Positions 38,854-53,654 are shown, numbered from the stretch's first letter. The stretch: 64,000 bases of DNA from Amphiscolops sp. MND2022 (GCA_964187785.1 OZ076409.1:45572001-45636000), one strand, 5' to 3'. The notes: generated from the sequence alone by a model not told the origin. Program-made: numbers and translations.

Positions 38854-39866
38854 TGTTGCGACTGGCGTTCGGGTCATTTTTTGTGGGTCATTCATAATAA
38901 CGGATCTTGTTGGGGTATAAAAACCTGTAGGTTCGTTTTTTCACTTGAACCGTTTTCCTCGTTCCTTTTTTTCTAGTTTCAGGTTCTAGCAACCTCAAAA
39001 ACTCCTTGCTGCTTTTTTTATCCCCGAACTTGTTTCTTCTTTTCAAGATGTCCTGAGGTTCTCTGAAACGATGTTTTCAATTCTTGGCGACTTGGCTTTG
39101 GATCGAACCGCTACCATGACGTGATATTCATCTAGTTCAACGCTTTCTACCAAAACGGGGAAAATATATTCTCACTTACGTTCTCGGTGCTCTCCTGATG
39201 AATGTTTTACCTCTTTTGACTACTTGTAGACTTTTTGAAGAAAGAATTTTGTTTCGATATATTTTTTAAGTAAGTTTATTTTGACGAAATCAATGTTGGC
39301 AGTTCAAGAGATAGCAAAATGGTTAAAGCTATTTTACGAAGTTTGAGTATATACTCTCCAAGCATCATCTGATCATACTTGCGTGCCATGAGTCTCTTCG
39401 AACAATTAGTTTGTTCCAGTTTTTCATTGCAAAATTCTTCTTCAGGTAATCGACAAACGTCGACGTTTCGTCAACTTTCCTAATCCCTTTGTTGTGAACC
39501 CGATATTAATCATCATCCGTGCTCTTATCATGTCATTTCAGCGTCGGCACTTTTCCTCAGATTGTAGAAGTAAGTTTTACTTCGTCTTAGCGATTCGGAA
39601 GTACTTCCCCACTTTAAATCGGGTTTCTTTGAGCTTTGCTTGAAATAGTGGGGAAAGTGTGAAGCGGAGCTAACGCTGACGTGAACAACTAATACCTGAT
39701 TTTGACTTTCAACTGATGCAATTATGACTATTTTCCAAAAATGTACAGTTTTTCTATGCTAGGAGAGCAAGAATCGATCTTGACATACAAGCATTTCAAA
39801 TACTTGATCCGATTAGAAACTATCCAACAAATCAGGCAAGACATATGCCAAGGGGGCAAAAACGTT
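38854..39866 (-). repeat. Partial 3' LTR of element D
   Basis: Aligns with 46583-47860 (e.g. TGTTGCGACTGGCGT vs TGTTACGACTGGCGT; ATGTACAGTT..GCTAGGAGAGCAA). Confidence 0.85.
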
Positions 39867-40249
39867 GCGGCCAGGGGAACTGGCTGGCTGCTGATTTCAG
39901 AGGGAATGAACCACTTGCGACGCGGTCTTTTGATGCAAATTTTTAAGCTCCGTAAGTTTTTAGCGTTGATTCGACGCATGTTTAGTCCGGGTTCTTCTGT
40001 TGCTTAGGTTGCTTCGGGTGGGGGATTGGGGGATCAGCAATATACTTTAGATTATGAACGTTTTCTGTGGTTTAGATCATTGTGGAAAACATGGATTCCT
40101 CAAAACTGACTGCTATTGGCAAATTGGATACTGCTGCTTTTCATTCCAAACTTGCAATTACGACGATCTAACTCCAATGAAGTGCGCAGTTTCCGCAACC
40201 GGTGTCAAGAGTTCATTGATCGTTTGCTTGACATCATTCTGTCTTGGTA

Positions 40250-41150
40250 ACACATGGTAACTTCAGACTTCTCCCAGGGGGTTTACCAGGGTGTTTATGC
40301 TCTTTGGCTCGAGGTACCGTTGGGGGGGGGGGGAACGATCACCACGTCTTCGAGCTATTTAAAACGCTGTTGGGGGTGCTGGCGAAAGGTGGTCGAATCA
40401 GCCGAGACGAGTCGGAAGCCAATCTTGAGGAATTTACCTTTTGATTTGATTGAAGTTCGTGTGCACCACCAAGAGTCTGATCGAAGTACCGAGGTGATTG
40501 CTAAAATTCTGTTTTTTCTTCTGGCAGCTAACAACTTTCTCTCCCTGCGTCATTTGAGTCGTAACTTTAAATTGTGTGGTTGGATTGTTCTCAACTTCGT
40601 CTGACAGTCGCCGAGGTTGACGCTAGTAGTTGTGCATTGCCTAATGTGTTCGTGCGGTCTGCTATCAAATGTGTGCAGGGTTACGTCATTTCTCCGAATT
40701 ATAAGCAGGGGGCCTTTTTCACTGTGCAAACGATAGATGTTGTGCGCAAAGCCATCACTGAATTCTGAAAATGTGTGTCGTCAGCTGTCTTGGACTTGTG
40801 GTGCAGAACTTTGTGTTTCTGATTGTGCTGGATTCGTTGTCTTCTATACTGATCGGTTTGAAGCTCATTTGTTTAGGAAGAATCAAATTTCGGGTCCGCG
40901 TTTGTTTGACGCGAATCGTCCTGCTCGGTACGTTCAGCTTCCTGATGCAAGTGGAACGAGTACTACTAGTTCAGTTGTGTCCTGCTCCGAGGATGTTCCA
41001 ATGCTTGCTGGTGCTGCTGGGAGTTCTTTTGCAGTCGCTTCGTCTTCGACTGGTGGCGTCTCCATTGAGGAAAGTGCCTCTGGTTCAGCGCGTCGTTGTA
41101 ATAAGAGGGTTAATACCAGCTAAGTTTCTTTGCTTGGGCGAAAGAAGGAA
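40250..41150 (+). pseudogene. 3' remnant of the antisense accessory gene of element D
   Basis: TSDFSQG, NDHHVFELFKTLLGVLAKGGRISRDESEANLEEF, FKLCG and CVQGYV match the motifs of the A, B and E antisense proteins. Frameshifted. Confidence 0.75.
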
Positions 41151-41339
41151 GGAAAATATAGCAGTGGACAGTCTATTTAGAAGAATAAAAAGACTATTCT
41201 GTCTTCGGGCAGTCTGTTATAGTTTTAATCGCACAAATCAGACTCCGTAGTAAAAGTGGTGAAATTAGTCCAGTCATTAAAAAACAAATTGGAGCGAAAG
41301 GGACTGTAGTATGTCTTTAATCGGAGAATTGGTTCAGTC

Positions 41340-44300
41340 TGGACTCCTGATCATGGTTTTTCTCTTTGAGTCGTAGTCATGGCGTCAAGTCACCGGAAGT
41401 TGACCGACGTTTGTAGACGATGATTTTGAGTGTAAAGGAGGGCTATTATTGGTCGGGGCGCGTCGTATGTATGGATTATTCACCACCTTAGTAGTAAGAT
41501 TCGAAAAGTCCGGTGACGGCGTTTCAACAACGTTTGTATTTTCGGTTTGTTCTGCGGTGATTTCTTGTACTTCTGTCTGTGTAGTTGTAAAGAGTGTCGT
41601 CGTTGTATTTTTGTCAATCTGGTTACCAAAATTCGTTTCCCAGGCTGTAGCGTACTATTCGTTGTGCAAAATTTTGAGATCTGGAACCTTTTGATTTTAC
41701 TTCTGTTCAACTGTGAAGACAGGCACGCGTTGTTTTAGCATATAAGGCTGGAAATCTATTCGATGTAGTGTTTGCCTATATCGTGTTTCAGTCCTTCTCA
41801 TAGTGTAAGTGCTTATTTGATAGGTCTTTTATCACTATGCACTGACCTGTCCGAATACAGTCTTTGAATGCAAATTTCGTTGATTTGTTATCAGCTTCCG
41901 ATAATTCAAACCTGCAATTTGAACATTTTGTGCCTAATTGAACGTCGTTGCCACGTCGAAACTTTACGTGAAGTTTTGAAGGGGCATGAGTTTTTTCCAG
42001 TACTTCGATCGTTTGCGCTTTTTTTGTTGACACATGGCTCAATTGAATGTCTATGATTTCTGCGATTTTTGCGACGACCTCCGATTGAAATTGTGAGCCT
42101 TTATCTGACAAGATGAGTGTCGGTAAATAGACTTGTCTTGTCTTGTCATGGCATCAATGATCATCCTCCGATGGCGTTTGATCTCAAATTTTGTGTCGGG
42201 TGTGCAAATAAAAATCGCAAGACGTCTTTTATTGTGACGATGTTTGGATATTCCGCAGAATTTGCCAAAGTGGTATGTTTGGTAATATGTCGACTCCTAG
42301 GATGTCCTTATGTCCCGGCGCATGTTCGATGTTGCTGATCATTTATGGTCGGATTCGTTTGTTGTCAATTCTTTTGTATTTGAATCATTAATTTCATTTC
42401 ACGACCCACTGTTTCATTCGTTTTGCTAATCCTGGATAGTAGTATTTTGAGCGGAAATCTTGGATCCCCTTCGTGATTCCTGGAGGTTTTCCATTAGTCG
42501 GTGATTTGTCCGTAATAATTCTGCGATTAGTTGTTCATGTATTAAAACTTGGTGGTAAGTCCTTTGTCAATACTCTCAGTAATACTTGCTTATTAGTATG
42601 CCGTCTATTACTACCAGCAAGTCTTCGTACACTAGCAATCGCTTGGCGTTAGGGTCGGTTTTTAGGCGGTGTTTGTCACAGTCTTCGCATATTAGTTCTC
42701 GTTTGCTTGATTGGAATACAGAATCAGTGTCCTGTTGGTCTCTAATGTGGGCATTATGTTTTTTGCTCCATGAGTGTAAGTGGCTTTGTTAATTGGTGTG
42801 GGCACTACCGCTTTTATTGTAATTTCGATTTTCGTCGTTCTGTATTGCTCGTTCTTACTGTATAAGTATTTCTTCTTCAGTTTCCATTGTCTCTTCTGGA
42901 AGAAAGAATAGCTATTCTTCGTCTGCTACATCAGTATACTGTAAACTGACTTGTATTGGTTGAATAGCTACGTCCTCCCCTAACTTGAATTCGACTCTTT
43001 CTTTGGAATTGTGTTCAATCCTTGATAAGAAATCTGCTGCTGTGTTTTGCGCACCAGCTACGTGCATTATGTGGCAATTGAACTGCAATACGTAGTCGCA
43101 CGCGTTCCATAGTGTACGTGGTATCGCTTTTGTTTGGAAGAAGCGCGCCAACGACCTATTATTGGTCATAACGAGAATTGGTAGTATTTTTTTCCAAAAT
43201 ATGTGGCTGTACTGTAAAAAAGCGTGATTAATTACGTGGATTTTTTGCAGTGTATTGACAATTTTAATAGGTCTGGGGAAAACATGTTAGCTCCAAAAGC
43301 TATCGGTGCAAATGTTTCCGTCTTTGAACTCAGCTTTTTGTCGTCATTATGTTCGATCAATATCGCAAATCTCGAGGCGCGAAAGCTGCCGTCCGTCATT
43401 AGGACGTATTGCTGTCCTGTGATTAGCTGCTTGAATACTAATCCGCCTATTTCCGTTAGCGCTGCGTTGATCGCTCTGTAGTTGTCTAGCGGCTCTTTTT
43501 TACTTTGCTTTTTATCTGCTTTTAAGAGCTCGCAGATTTCAAGCACTTTTTCTGATAGGCGCGGGATGTAGCTGTGGCAAAAGTTGACAAATCCAATGTA
43601 TCTAAAAACTTGCTTTTTTTGATTTAGGAAATCTCACGTTTGCTAAGAGTTTTCGAATTTTGTAGTCTTGGGGGACTACTCCTTGTTCCTTGTTGTGTGA
43701 TGGTTCTGTCAAGGAATTCTACCTCAGTAACTCCAGAGTGGCTTTTTGATGGTCAATTTCAGGCCTGCTCTCCTTATGCACTCGAACACGGCAGGAATGT
43801 TACGTATCAATAGCATCGCTGTGCCGGCGGTTATACCGACATCGTCAACAAACTGTGCACATTGACCTGGTTTAATCACCCGATCTGGGTACTCGCTCAT
43901 AAAACTGGAGAATGCAGATAAGGATCTGTTCACGACTTAAGCTAGTTTTTTGTATGCAAAGGTTCGGCTTGCAAAATTGAAGGCTGACAATTTATTTGAC
44001 TTTTGATCAGCCAGTTGTAGACAGTGGTAGACTTGTGAACAACCAAATTTGCAAAATAGCTTTTTGACAGCTAGCTGCTGTGCCGCGTCTGATAGGGTGC
44101 AGGCTTGAATACTGTTGTTCAAGTAATCGCCTGAGAATATTCCGTTGATTTTTCGCACTTCGACAAGTAGACACAATTTTCCAATTGCTTTCCGTTATGC
44201 AAAAATCGGGCTGGCGTACTTAGAGAAGGGTAAGTTTGTCATTGTGCTATACGGGTGTAATAGTGCTAATTCAACTGTTAGGTGTTCTTTCAAGTTGACT

Positions 44301-46891
44301 GGTACAGGCAAGTTTTGCGTGTAGACCGGAATTTCATCTTTTGGTGTTAATTTTACTTCGAAATTGTAATTGATGCCTATGTCTAGTCTGTGTCGGGCGA
44401 ATATGTTGTTGTTCTTTGCCCTCATCTGATATTAGGGTTTCTTCCCATTTGAACATATCCGGAAATTTTCGGCGTCTTTTTTGGGATCAATTTTTTTTCT
44501 GATGCGTTCCCTTAACTCTTTGAATATGCGTCAATGTATAGGCGTGAGTTATTCTTCGTTTCTTGGGTTTTCTTGTGTATGGAACCAGAAATGTTAGTCC
44601 CATCGGTCGCTTTCTCCAGCTTTCATGAGGTCTTTCACATACTTGTGTGTCATCCGGAGCTGCAAATACTTTGAAAGTTTTTCTTTCCGTCTGTCATCAT
44701 CAGGATTATCTCGACGTGTGGGAACATGTTTGTTTCGTTGGCTGTATGCGAGACAACTTGGTGATTCTGCACGAAGTTTAGGCCAATCATGGGGAAAAAA
44801 GTTTTTGAGAGTATCACAAACGTATCCGTGAATGTATATTATCCATTTTTGCATAAGAAATCGGCAGTGGCGATGGGCTAATCTAATTGTGCGTTGGCGC
44901 ACTCGGTTTTGAATGGTGATTATGACTATTCTTTGATAACGCTTCCTGGCATTTACTTTTTTCATTGGTATATTCAGACCGTGATAAACCGTTGGTGAAT
45001 TCTCCCAAGTCTACTAACCAGTCAATCGTGATTTCTCCAAATTGTAGCCGTAGATATAGCATTCTCCTTCGCTGTTTAAAGGATATCGTGGACTGCAGAT
45101 GTATGTAGGTGTCCCCGTTGTTTGTAGTTATATATTCGTTGATGGAGTTGAGTGACATCAGAAAATCGTCTGGGAAGAGTGGTTTTGTTTTTCCTTTGAT
45201 GCCGGATTTATCTTCCCATGACGTTCGTTCTGAGGTGTGTTCTTGAAGAGCATCTTCACTTTGTGGTTTTGGGAAAAATCTGGGTGGACTTTGAAGGTGA
45301 GCGATGATTGGTCGTAGCTGTCGTGGTTTTCCCAAGGATCACATCTGTAATCTTTAAATCATATGTATATTTGGTCTTTCGTGGAATCTTGTAATGGTCT
45401 TTTGGTAGGCATGTAGTGTTCATCAGTTTCTGCGATCCAGTTTTGATATTCTTTTTGTTGTTTACTTATGACATTGTGTTTTTGTTTGTCGGTTGTCGAT
45501 GTTGCCAATCCTCTGTTGCAGTCCCGTTCAATGATTTTGTAGAGAATCCGATCATCTGTTGTGGGATCTTCCATTATAAATGCCCTCGCGTGCTCTGATT
45601 CACCAAAACCCAGGCTCGACGTATCTAGGTTTTTCATTTTTCTGCGTTAGTTGTTTAGACGGGGTAGTTTCCATCTTGCGCTCTGAGTTGAATGGATGCT
45701 TCGGTCGTGGATCGTTGGCAGCTTTAACTCCGTTTCAACAAACCTTTGACTTGAAGAGTTCGCCGCATGTATCGCGTTTTGGCTTAATGACTGTGCTTTC
45801 GCTGTTCGGGCTGTTATTTTTTCGGGTTTGTTGACATCTGTCGTGTTTCATGTTTCGGCATTTTGCCTTGAAATGGCCAAAGTGTTGCAGTAGAAACAGT
45901 ATTTTTTGGTTGGTTTGTTTGTATCTCTCTCTAGGTGGAGGATAATGTCATTATAGGGTTCGTTTTTTAAATACGCTCTGTTTAGTATCTATTTGACGAA
46001 GCCCGGCTTTTTTGCGTATATGGCCTTATCGATAAAGTGTTGGGCTTCGGCGCCAAAAGATTCTTTGGCCATTTTTTGCAGTATATCCAGGAAGTTGTGA
46101 AAGTTTTGTGGTATGGGATTGATTTTAGGCGCATTTTACTCGCAACGTGCTCTCGCGATGGACAGATCATATGATACACAGATGACAGATGGACAGATGA
46201 CATGATAGACAGGTCATTTGACGTCATTATTTCCTTGATGGAAAATTTTTCGAGTCATCCAAGTATCGGAACGCATTTAGAGCGTCGCCGCGTAGTAAGG
46301 AGTTGAAATAATTAATTTTTTGTACTTCCGTTGTTTGCGGATGCTTTCGAATCTGCTACGGAAACGGTATTCGAACAATTCAATTGTTTTCTGATTTCAC
46401 GTCAAATGTTCGCAAGGATGCCGTGAGGGCTTCTGTCATTGGAAATTTAGTATTGTCACTCTTATCGAGGGCAAAGAGTGTCCTAGCTGCTGGTCGACGT
46501 TCGTTCGACGCAGGTTGACTATGCAACCTCACTTTTGTCTTTTTGACTTAGTTTGTGGAGTTGTTCAAAACACCTCTCACCATGTTACGACTGGCGTGTG
46601 AAACGTCTTCTTGTGGGTCATTCATTCTAACGGATGTTGTTGAGGTAAACAAATTTGTATGTTCATTTTCTTGACCTGAACAGATTTCCTCATTCCCATT
46701 TTCTTTTGTTTCAGGTTTGAGCAACCTCAAGAAACTTTTTTGAGAATCTAAGTGTCGCCCTTTCATGACCGAACTTGTTTCTTTCTTCCAAGATGTCCTG
46801 AGACTCTGTAAAACGGTGTTTCCGATTCTTGGCGACTAGGCTTTGGATGGAGGACTAGGCTTTGGATGGACTAGGCTTTGGATGGAGACCA
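41340..46891 (-). pseudogene. pol: gag-pol pseudogene of element D
   Basis: Fragments 44195-44425, 43937-44176 and 43724-43933 (RT), 43232-43546 and 42912-43169 (RH), 41788-42111 (IN). gag remnants at 45630-46891. Confidence 0.88.
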
Positions 46892-48473
46892 TGACGTCTT
46901 ATTCACCTAGTGCAACGCTTTCTAACAAAACGGTGAAAATATATGCTCTCTCACGTTCTCTGTGCTCTCCTGACGAATGTTCTACCGCTTTTGACTTCTT
47001 GTAGACAATTTGAAGAAAAAATTTGGTTTTGAATTATTTTAATCAAGTAAGTTTGTTTTGACGAAATCAATGTTTGACGACGACGCTGTTTTTGATTCTT
47101 GGTGACTCCGCTCCGGCTGGACCCCCTTGATGACCTTTTCACATAGTTGAACGCTTTCTAACAAAACAATGCAAATTATTTTCTCACTTACGTTCTCTGT
47201 CTCTCATGATGATTATTTACCTTTTTTGACGTCTAGTAAACATTTTGAAGAGATACTATGGTTTTGAATTGTTTTATTTAAGTAAGTTTGTTCCGACGAT
47301 GTCAATGTTGGCGAGTCAAGAGACAGCAAATTGAGTAGGGTTACTTTACAAAGTCTGAGTATAAAAACACTCCTAGCAGCATCTGTTCATACTTGCGTGC
47401 TCAATTTTTCTTCCAACAATTAGTCATTTCCTGTTTTTCATAGCAAAATTCTTTTCCATGATATCGGCATACGTTGACGTTTTGTCGAAATTTTTAGTAC
47501 CCTATTGTTCACGCGAAATTACTCATCGTCCGTCCTCATACCATTTCATTCCGCGTCGGTACATTTCCCTGATTAGAGAGTTGATTTCACTTCGTCTTAG
47601 CAAACAGGAAGTAACTTCCTGATTTTTCATCGAGTTTCTTTGAGCTTCGCTTGCATTAGCGGGGAACATGCTGACGTGAACCACTAAGGACTGCTTTTGA
47701 CTTTCAACTTGAGAAAATTATGACTAATTCCAAAAGATGTACAGTTGTTTGATGCTAGGAGAGCAAAAATCCATCTTGAATGACAAGGATTTTCATTATG
47801 TGATCCTGATAAATCTATCCGAAAAAATTATGCAAAACATACGCCAACGGGGCAATAACGTTATCTTCTATTATGACCCTTCATCAAACCCCATCTTAGC
47901 ATTCAACAATAACTATTATACACTGATTTACACCAAGTCAAGTGATCATGTATGTCCTGCAACGAACCGCGCACAAACAATTATCAACCACCAACATTAT
48001 AAAACATTCGAGCAAATAATTTGAAAGTGCAAATTAGTCAACTGTTATAAATTGTCGATATAGCTCTGACGCACAATGTACAAATTTTTTCCAATGACAT
48101 TAGCTTTAAACCATTCTTCCGAACGGTTTTACATTTCCACAGTGACTGATTCATTACCTGACGTAGTCGTGACGTAGATCCAAAACGTTTTAACTGATAA
48201 CCTCCTCTGAAATACCATTATTTTTGAATTCAGTATTGAATAATTCACGTAACTTCATAGATTTGCGACGTAGTGTGGACGTAAATTTGATGACCGGCCT
48301 AACTAGACGTAGAGGTCGACGTAGAGGGGACGTAAATTTGAACGAGACCTAGCTAGCTGCTATAGCTGTGATGTAGGTGTGACGTAAATTTGAAATGATT
48401 GTCCTAGCTATGTTTTGACTGGATTGGGACGTCACAATCTCTGAATCTGTCTGTGCCGTCGTGACGTCACACA
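46583..48473 (-). repeat. 5' LTR of element D, containing internal duplications and a GACGTA-rich array
   Basis: Ends ...CGTAACA before the PBS. 3x GACTAGGCTTTGGATG at ~46834-46884. Duplicated block at ~46907 and ~47144. Outer boundary tentative. Confidence 0.65.
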
Positions 48474-50439
48474 TAGAGTAGTATCAGCCAGCGTTGCTAT
48501 GTTTGTTTGTTCAACGACGTATTGATGTCCTAAATCACACTAATTGCTTTCAATGCCATAATTAGGCTGCTTTTATGAGAAGAACGTAATGTTTTCTTGT
48601 ACCTCTCTAGAAATTTCTATTAGAGATTTGTGTTTATGTCTATCTTAATTGAAACATAATTTCGGAATTAGTTTTTAGGTGGAGAGGTTTGATATTTCCA
48701 CCGTAGCTCAAACGTCCTAGCGGAAACGAGTGAAATCCTTTTATATTGTTCATTCGGTAGTCTTTTTCATTTTGGATCTTTAAATGATTGTTGGTCAGTC
48801 ACAGTTTACTTTTTTGATGAGAATTTGTTTTTAAAATACCATTTTGGAAGTTTTGTCGTGCAACCATAGCCTCAATCTTAGTTTCTGTCTCATTCTAAGA
48901 CTGTCTCATTCTAACAATTGGCAACCACCGTCAAAGAAACGTGAGTTCCGTTGCTTTGGTTGGCTTATCGTTTACCAAATTTGGAAAAAGCTGTCTGACG
49001 TTTCGACACCAAAACGCGAGAAAAGAACCAAAAAAAATCAAAACTGCAGGAATGACAGTGCCCCATTCATAACGGACACCGCTAACTGTTGGCTAATTTC
49101 AGTGCTACAGCAAAGTCAAACGCGTTGGCACTAATTTGCTTTGTCGGAAAGTTCCTTGGAGTAACCCTCATAGCCAATTTTTTCAAAAAGTGATTGGAAA
49201 ACACCGTTCTCTCGTGAGTAGTATCTGTAAATGGTCAGAATTCAAGTAAAGCTTCGAGTTTCCATGGGACCCTTGCAACAGCCTTGTGGCAGTGACTACC
49301 AAGTTTGATATTGATTGGTACGGTACTCATTGAGAAAATGAGGAAAACAGGCCGCTCAAAAAACTGCGCAGAACGGCAATTTTTCGGACGTTTTTTGGGA
49401 TAGCTGTAACACTTTAAATAAAGGTTGGTGCAAACTTGCTACCGAATTCTGTAACGACTGCTGAATGCAGTATCGTTGCCAAACAAACCAATCGAAGGGA
49501 TCGGGTAGGCCTTCCTGGGTGCAAACGAGGCAAATCCCACAGCTCAAAACAATTGCCTGCAGGGATCATAACGTTTTGTCTTTACTGGTATTTTCAGCAT
49601 GGACCGTGCTGAAGCTCAAAGCAGAAGTTTTAAGAGCATGCGACGCACTTCATACTGAGTGTTTCACAACGAACACCGCTAGGCGTTTTGCCCGGAGCCT
49701 GAAAACCTAACAAGGGCCCTTAGTAGTCAGACTTTCCAAAAATCCAAGGTTTTTTGGGTTGAGACCAACATCCTTGCAACAAAAATGTGGACGGATACCA
49801 AGTTTTAGGTCGTTTTGACACTTCTGGTGCCCAATTTCGTTTATTCTGCTGTGTCAAGTAGCATAAGCACAGGGGTATTGCGTCAATTGTGTAAAGACCG
49901 TTTTTGGGGGATTACAGCACACCCAAATTCACTGAGGTTGAGAAGTAAATAGGCGGATCAGCTCGACTGTTTGTTAGATGCGCTTTATCCAACACTACCC
50001 GCAGCATTTTGCTCGAGGGCAATATATTCCAGCCTAACGAGCAGCTTGAAAAGTGTGGAGCGATTTTCAGCAAGCTGTGACCGCTAGAAATCATTTTCTT
50101 ACAATCTGAGACTAATTTTGGGTAGAAAAAGAGTTCTAGTGAAGCACTTTGAATCTATCTAACGCTGACATGAAACGTTGGAATGTCGATGACAGCCTGC
50201 GCTCCATTTTCAACAAGGAGAGAGAGGGTGCCAGTGTAACACAACCAATGGTACAGCGCAAGGATGAGATATCCGTCTTGAAGCACGAAGCTGGCTACAC
50301 AAGTGGAGACTGCTAACACAATTGTGATCGATAATAGCAGCTGTGCGAGGACCAGTACACCTCAAAAGTGCCACTGTCATCATTTCAAACGACACCGACG
50401 TAGAACCAAGGACACCGCCTAAAATGACAAACATGGGTA

Positions 50440-50481
50440 GACAGTATCTTTGGACAGTATCTTTGGACAGTATCTTTGGAC
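50440..50481 (+). repeat. 13-bp tandem repeat (GACAGTATCTTTG)x3
   Basis: Seen directly. Confidence 0.85.
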
Positions 50482-53400
50482 ACTACAACTGTGGGCATTG
50501 CAAGTATTTCGCCTGTTTATCACGCTACGCTGGTGACAATGGACTGCTCGAGATCAACCTTGCTCGGGTGACACGAAGGACGAATTGAGATCACCCTCAT
50601 ACTCCGCTTTCTTAAGAAACAGCATCAACACCAAACCTCCTTTGAAGACCAAATATAGACAATTCTAATGAATTCGGTTGCAACCCTCACTTCCTTTGAG
50701 TAAAGTCCCTAATATCAATCTCTCGAATGCCGCCCACAATAATGAAAGAATCTTTTGAGCCACCCTCTGTTGAACGTGGTCTACAGGAATTCATTCGGAG
50801 TGAACCGCCAATCATTACCAGACGGTTGCCTGGTGGTCAGCCAAAATTTGGCCAGCTGGACATCTACGTGGTTGACCACCGCGCACTTCCTGTGAGCATT
50901 CATGGCAAAAAGTGCTGCTTTCTTTTTATGATGGACGTCGTCGTGGTCATCCACTACGCTCAGCCGTGCAAATCATTCTACCACCATGGTCACACCGACC
51001 GAAGGGACATAGGTGTGGACGCCTCCGAAAAACTATCCCAGCCTTGAGACTGACCCATTCTACATAGTCTTATCTATTGAACTTCATGATACTTCATGCT
51101 TGATATACGTCCTTCTGGTAGCTGTCAGATAATGACGCATATCCATTCCAAACCCTACGCCACTACTTTTGGAAGGGGAGGGGATGTCGTTAACGCCCAA
51201 TGTATTCACCTCCATTTCTTTTTGTTGGGCATTCAATTATTGGGCTTGCTATACTCATTTCAAGGAGGGTACACAATGACTAAGGCCCGGGGAGTCGACT
51301 AAACCTGGGAAGCCCCAGTTGAGGATGATAACACCTCCGTCAAACAAAATTTAATTGGACAAGTCACTACATTTTTGTTTCTATACCCCGTTGACAAGTT
51401 TGAATTAGAACTTTTCTGTGAATGAAAAAAGTAACCTGAAAACACTACATGTATCGCTTCGACAATAGGTGATATTTTGCATAAATTTTCAAAAGTTGCC
51501 AGTGGTCTCCTCCGGGATTCAACGTGACAATCAACAATTTCGCAGCTGGCGTGCTCCAGACATCTGAATTGCAGATATACCGTTAACTTTTGGTTTCTAA
51601 TCACCAGTAGTAATACAAGAGCAGTTCGTGGGTCGATTTTGATGAGCTCCTTAACAGATGCTACTGAACTTCATACTGGTAAGGAGCTGCACATCAGTGT
51701 GTCGCCTAGACCAAGCCGAACTTAGAACAAAAGAATCAACGAACAACTTCTTTTTACAGGTTTCGCCGCAGACAAGGAATTTTTACGAACACAGCTAATA
51801 ACTTTGCTGCAGACTGAACTTTTGCAGCCGTGTACAATTTTTTTTGATGAGAACCGCTTGCACCCCAGAGCTCACGGGTTCCGTAGATATATTTCTAACG
51901 TCCAATAACACAATTCTAGCAAATTCAGATTCAAATTTAGTGCAGAAAACTCGTGATAACAAATTGGTGCCCTCAGATTGATTGATGGAAGTTTGGATTC
52001 GATCAATTTCAAGGTGAATTTTTAGTACTTGTTTTCTAGGTAGAGCTGGCTCAGTTTCAACAATTTGTGGGCGTTGCAGGCTCTGTGGATGGCAAGAAGC
52101 AAAGCCTCAATGTTGACCAATCAGCGAAAGATGACAGTGCCACTGTATTCTTGCAAATCACCTGTTTGAACTCCCAGTGGATTGCAACGATGATGTGGAG
52201 ATATATTTCATGCCAGCATCTCCGCATGACAAGGACGTCATGACTTAGACCCGGGGAGTTATGTAACGGCACCGCCTCTTATTGCAAAACCAGTGCATTT
52301 TGGAATTGTGACATGTCCAGAAATTTTCGGAATATTTCTAATTCGATATGTGACGATGCACTGAGCATGTGATTGCGCTTTTCGCTGTTTCCGCCATTTT
52401 CAATGCAAAGCCAGGACGGGAGAAGATCAAGCGGGAACGCGGAGAACGAGATTGTTTGAAAGCTCAGAGAGACTGTAGTTACTCCTAGAAAGACTCTTTT
52501 TAGTTGCTAACATCGGTTTCTAATGATTTTCAGCATGATGCTACCTTAAGTAGCGAGAACCGATTATATGGGTCCTTTTGCTTAAAGATCCTTGTTTGGT
52601 ACTTGGAGCCCCTGCGCCCCAGCTTGTAGCCAAGTAGACAGCCAGTTTGATGTGTTATTTGATGTATTTGATGTACGGGTTCAGCCGTTTTCACCATCCC
52701 GAGAGCTTGTTTGCTGCTCTTTTAGATAATATTTCCATATCACACTGAAGGTGGAAAATTACTCTATTCTTGTCAATGGTTTTAGAGGCTGTCTAAACGG
52801 TGATCACAGGCGAAGGTCCGATATGGATGCCCGTTATTCTTAGCCGTTACAGACTGGACTCAGGCCAGAGATCATCCCTTTAGACGGTGCCCCCTCCTCG
52901 GAACCGGCTTCCCAACGGAATGATGATGAGCTAGTATGTGAAACAGTCAGTATGTATACGCTTGCATGCTGGTTTCTCTACCTAGCGTAGCTACTAAGCT
53001 ATTTTTCTATGTCGTTAAATTTGCTTCGGGAAATTGACTGATTTTTAAGGGATTCGATGAAAGTACCGTGCATGCATTTTTGCAGCATGCATGTAAAAAC
53101 TGCCAGCAGTCCCGACAATTTTCACAATAGATAAAAAAGTTTTTAAAAAAGTTTTTAAGAAATTGTGTAGCTCATTTGAGGACGAAATCATAGTCCAGAT
53201 TGATCAAACCTAAACTAAATTCATTTTCCATTCTATATCTAAATTTTTCAGCCTGGGAATTTTGCTTTTGTGCAGTGAGTTTGTGTTCGTTTGAAACGCA
53301 CGATTGAGTAGTTTGATTGAATAACTTCTTGTTCCAATGTTTGTTCTGTTTTTGAACATTACAGAAAAACCACAGTGCCGCTATGCTTCATATAAACGTT

Positions 53401-53654
53401 GCAGGAACTAAACGGCTCATTTGCGGAAACTAAAAAAGAAACGAAGCAAAACAATGAACATTGAGTGAAGATTTTAGCTGATGAAAACTCATTCAGCCTT
53501 GCAGTGCTAAAAAAGTTGAAGATTTTTTAACTTTTCGAACACTTTTTCTCGGTATCCAGAAGAAATTTAATCTTTCGACATGAGACATTAACGTGTCTAA
53601 TCAGAATTTCCTATGAAGCTCAAATACTATGACCGACAGAACTGGGTCTAGAAA

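Larger units (their letters stand above)
38854..48473 (-). mobile_element. Element D: decayed Ty3/Gypsy element related to A, with an internal deletion next to the 3' LTR
   Basis: LTR similarity between 38854-~39866 and 46583-~47860. PBS-like TGGTGAGAGG at 46582. gag, RT (LPFSKYASPIFA, AQFVDD), RH and IN (SDKGSQF) remnants. The outer end at 48473 is tentative (TGT start; TAGAG/GAGAG possible TSD). Confidence 0.85.
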
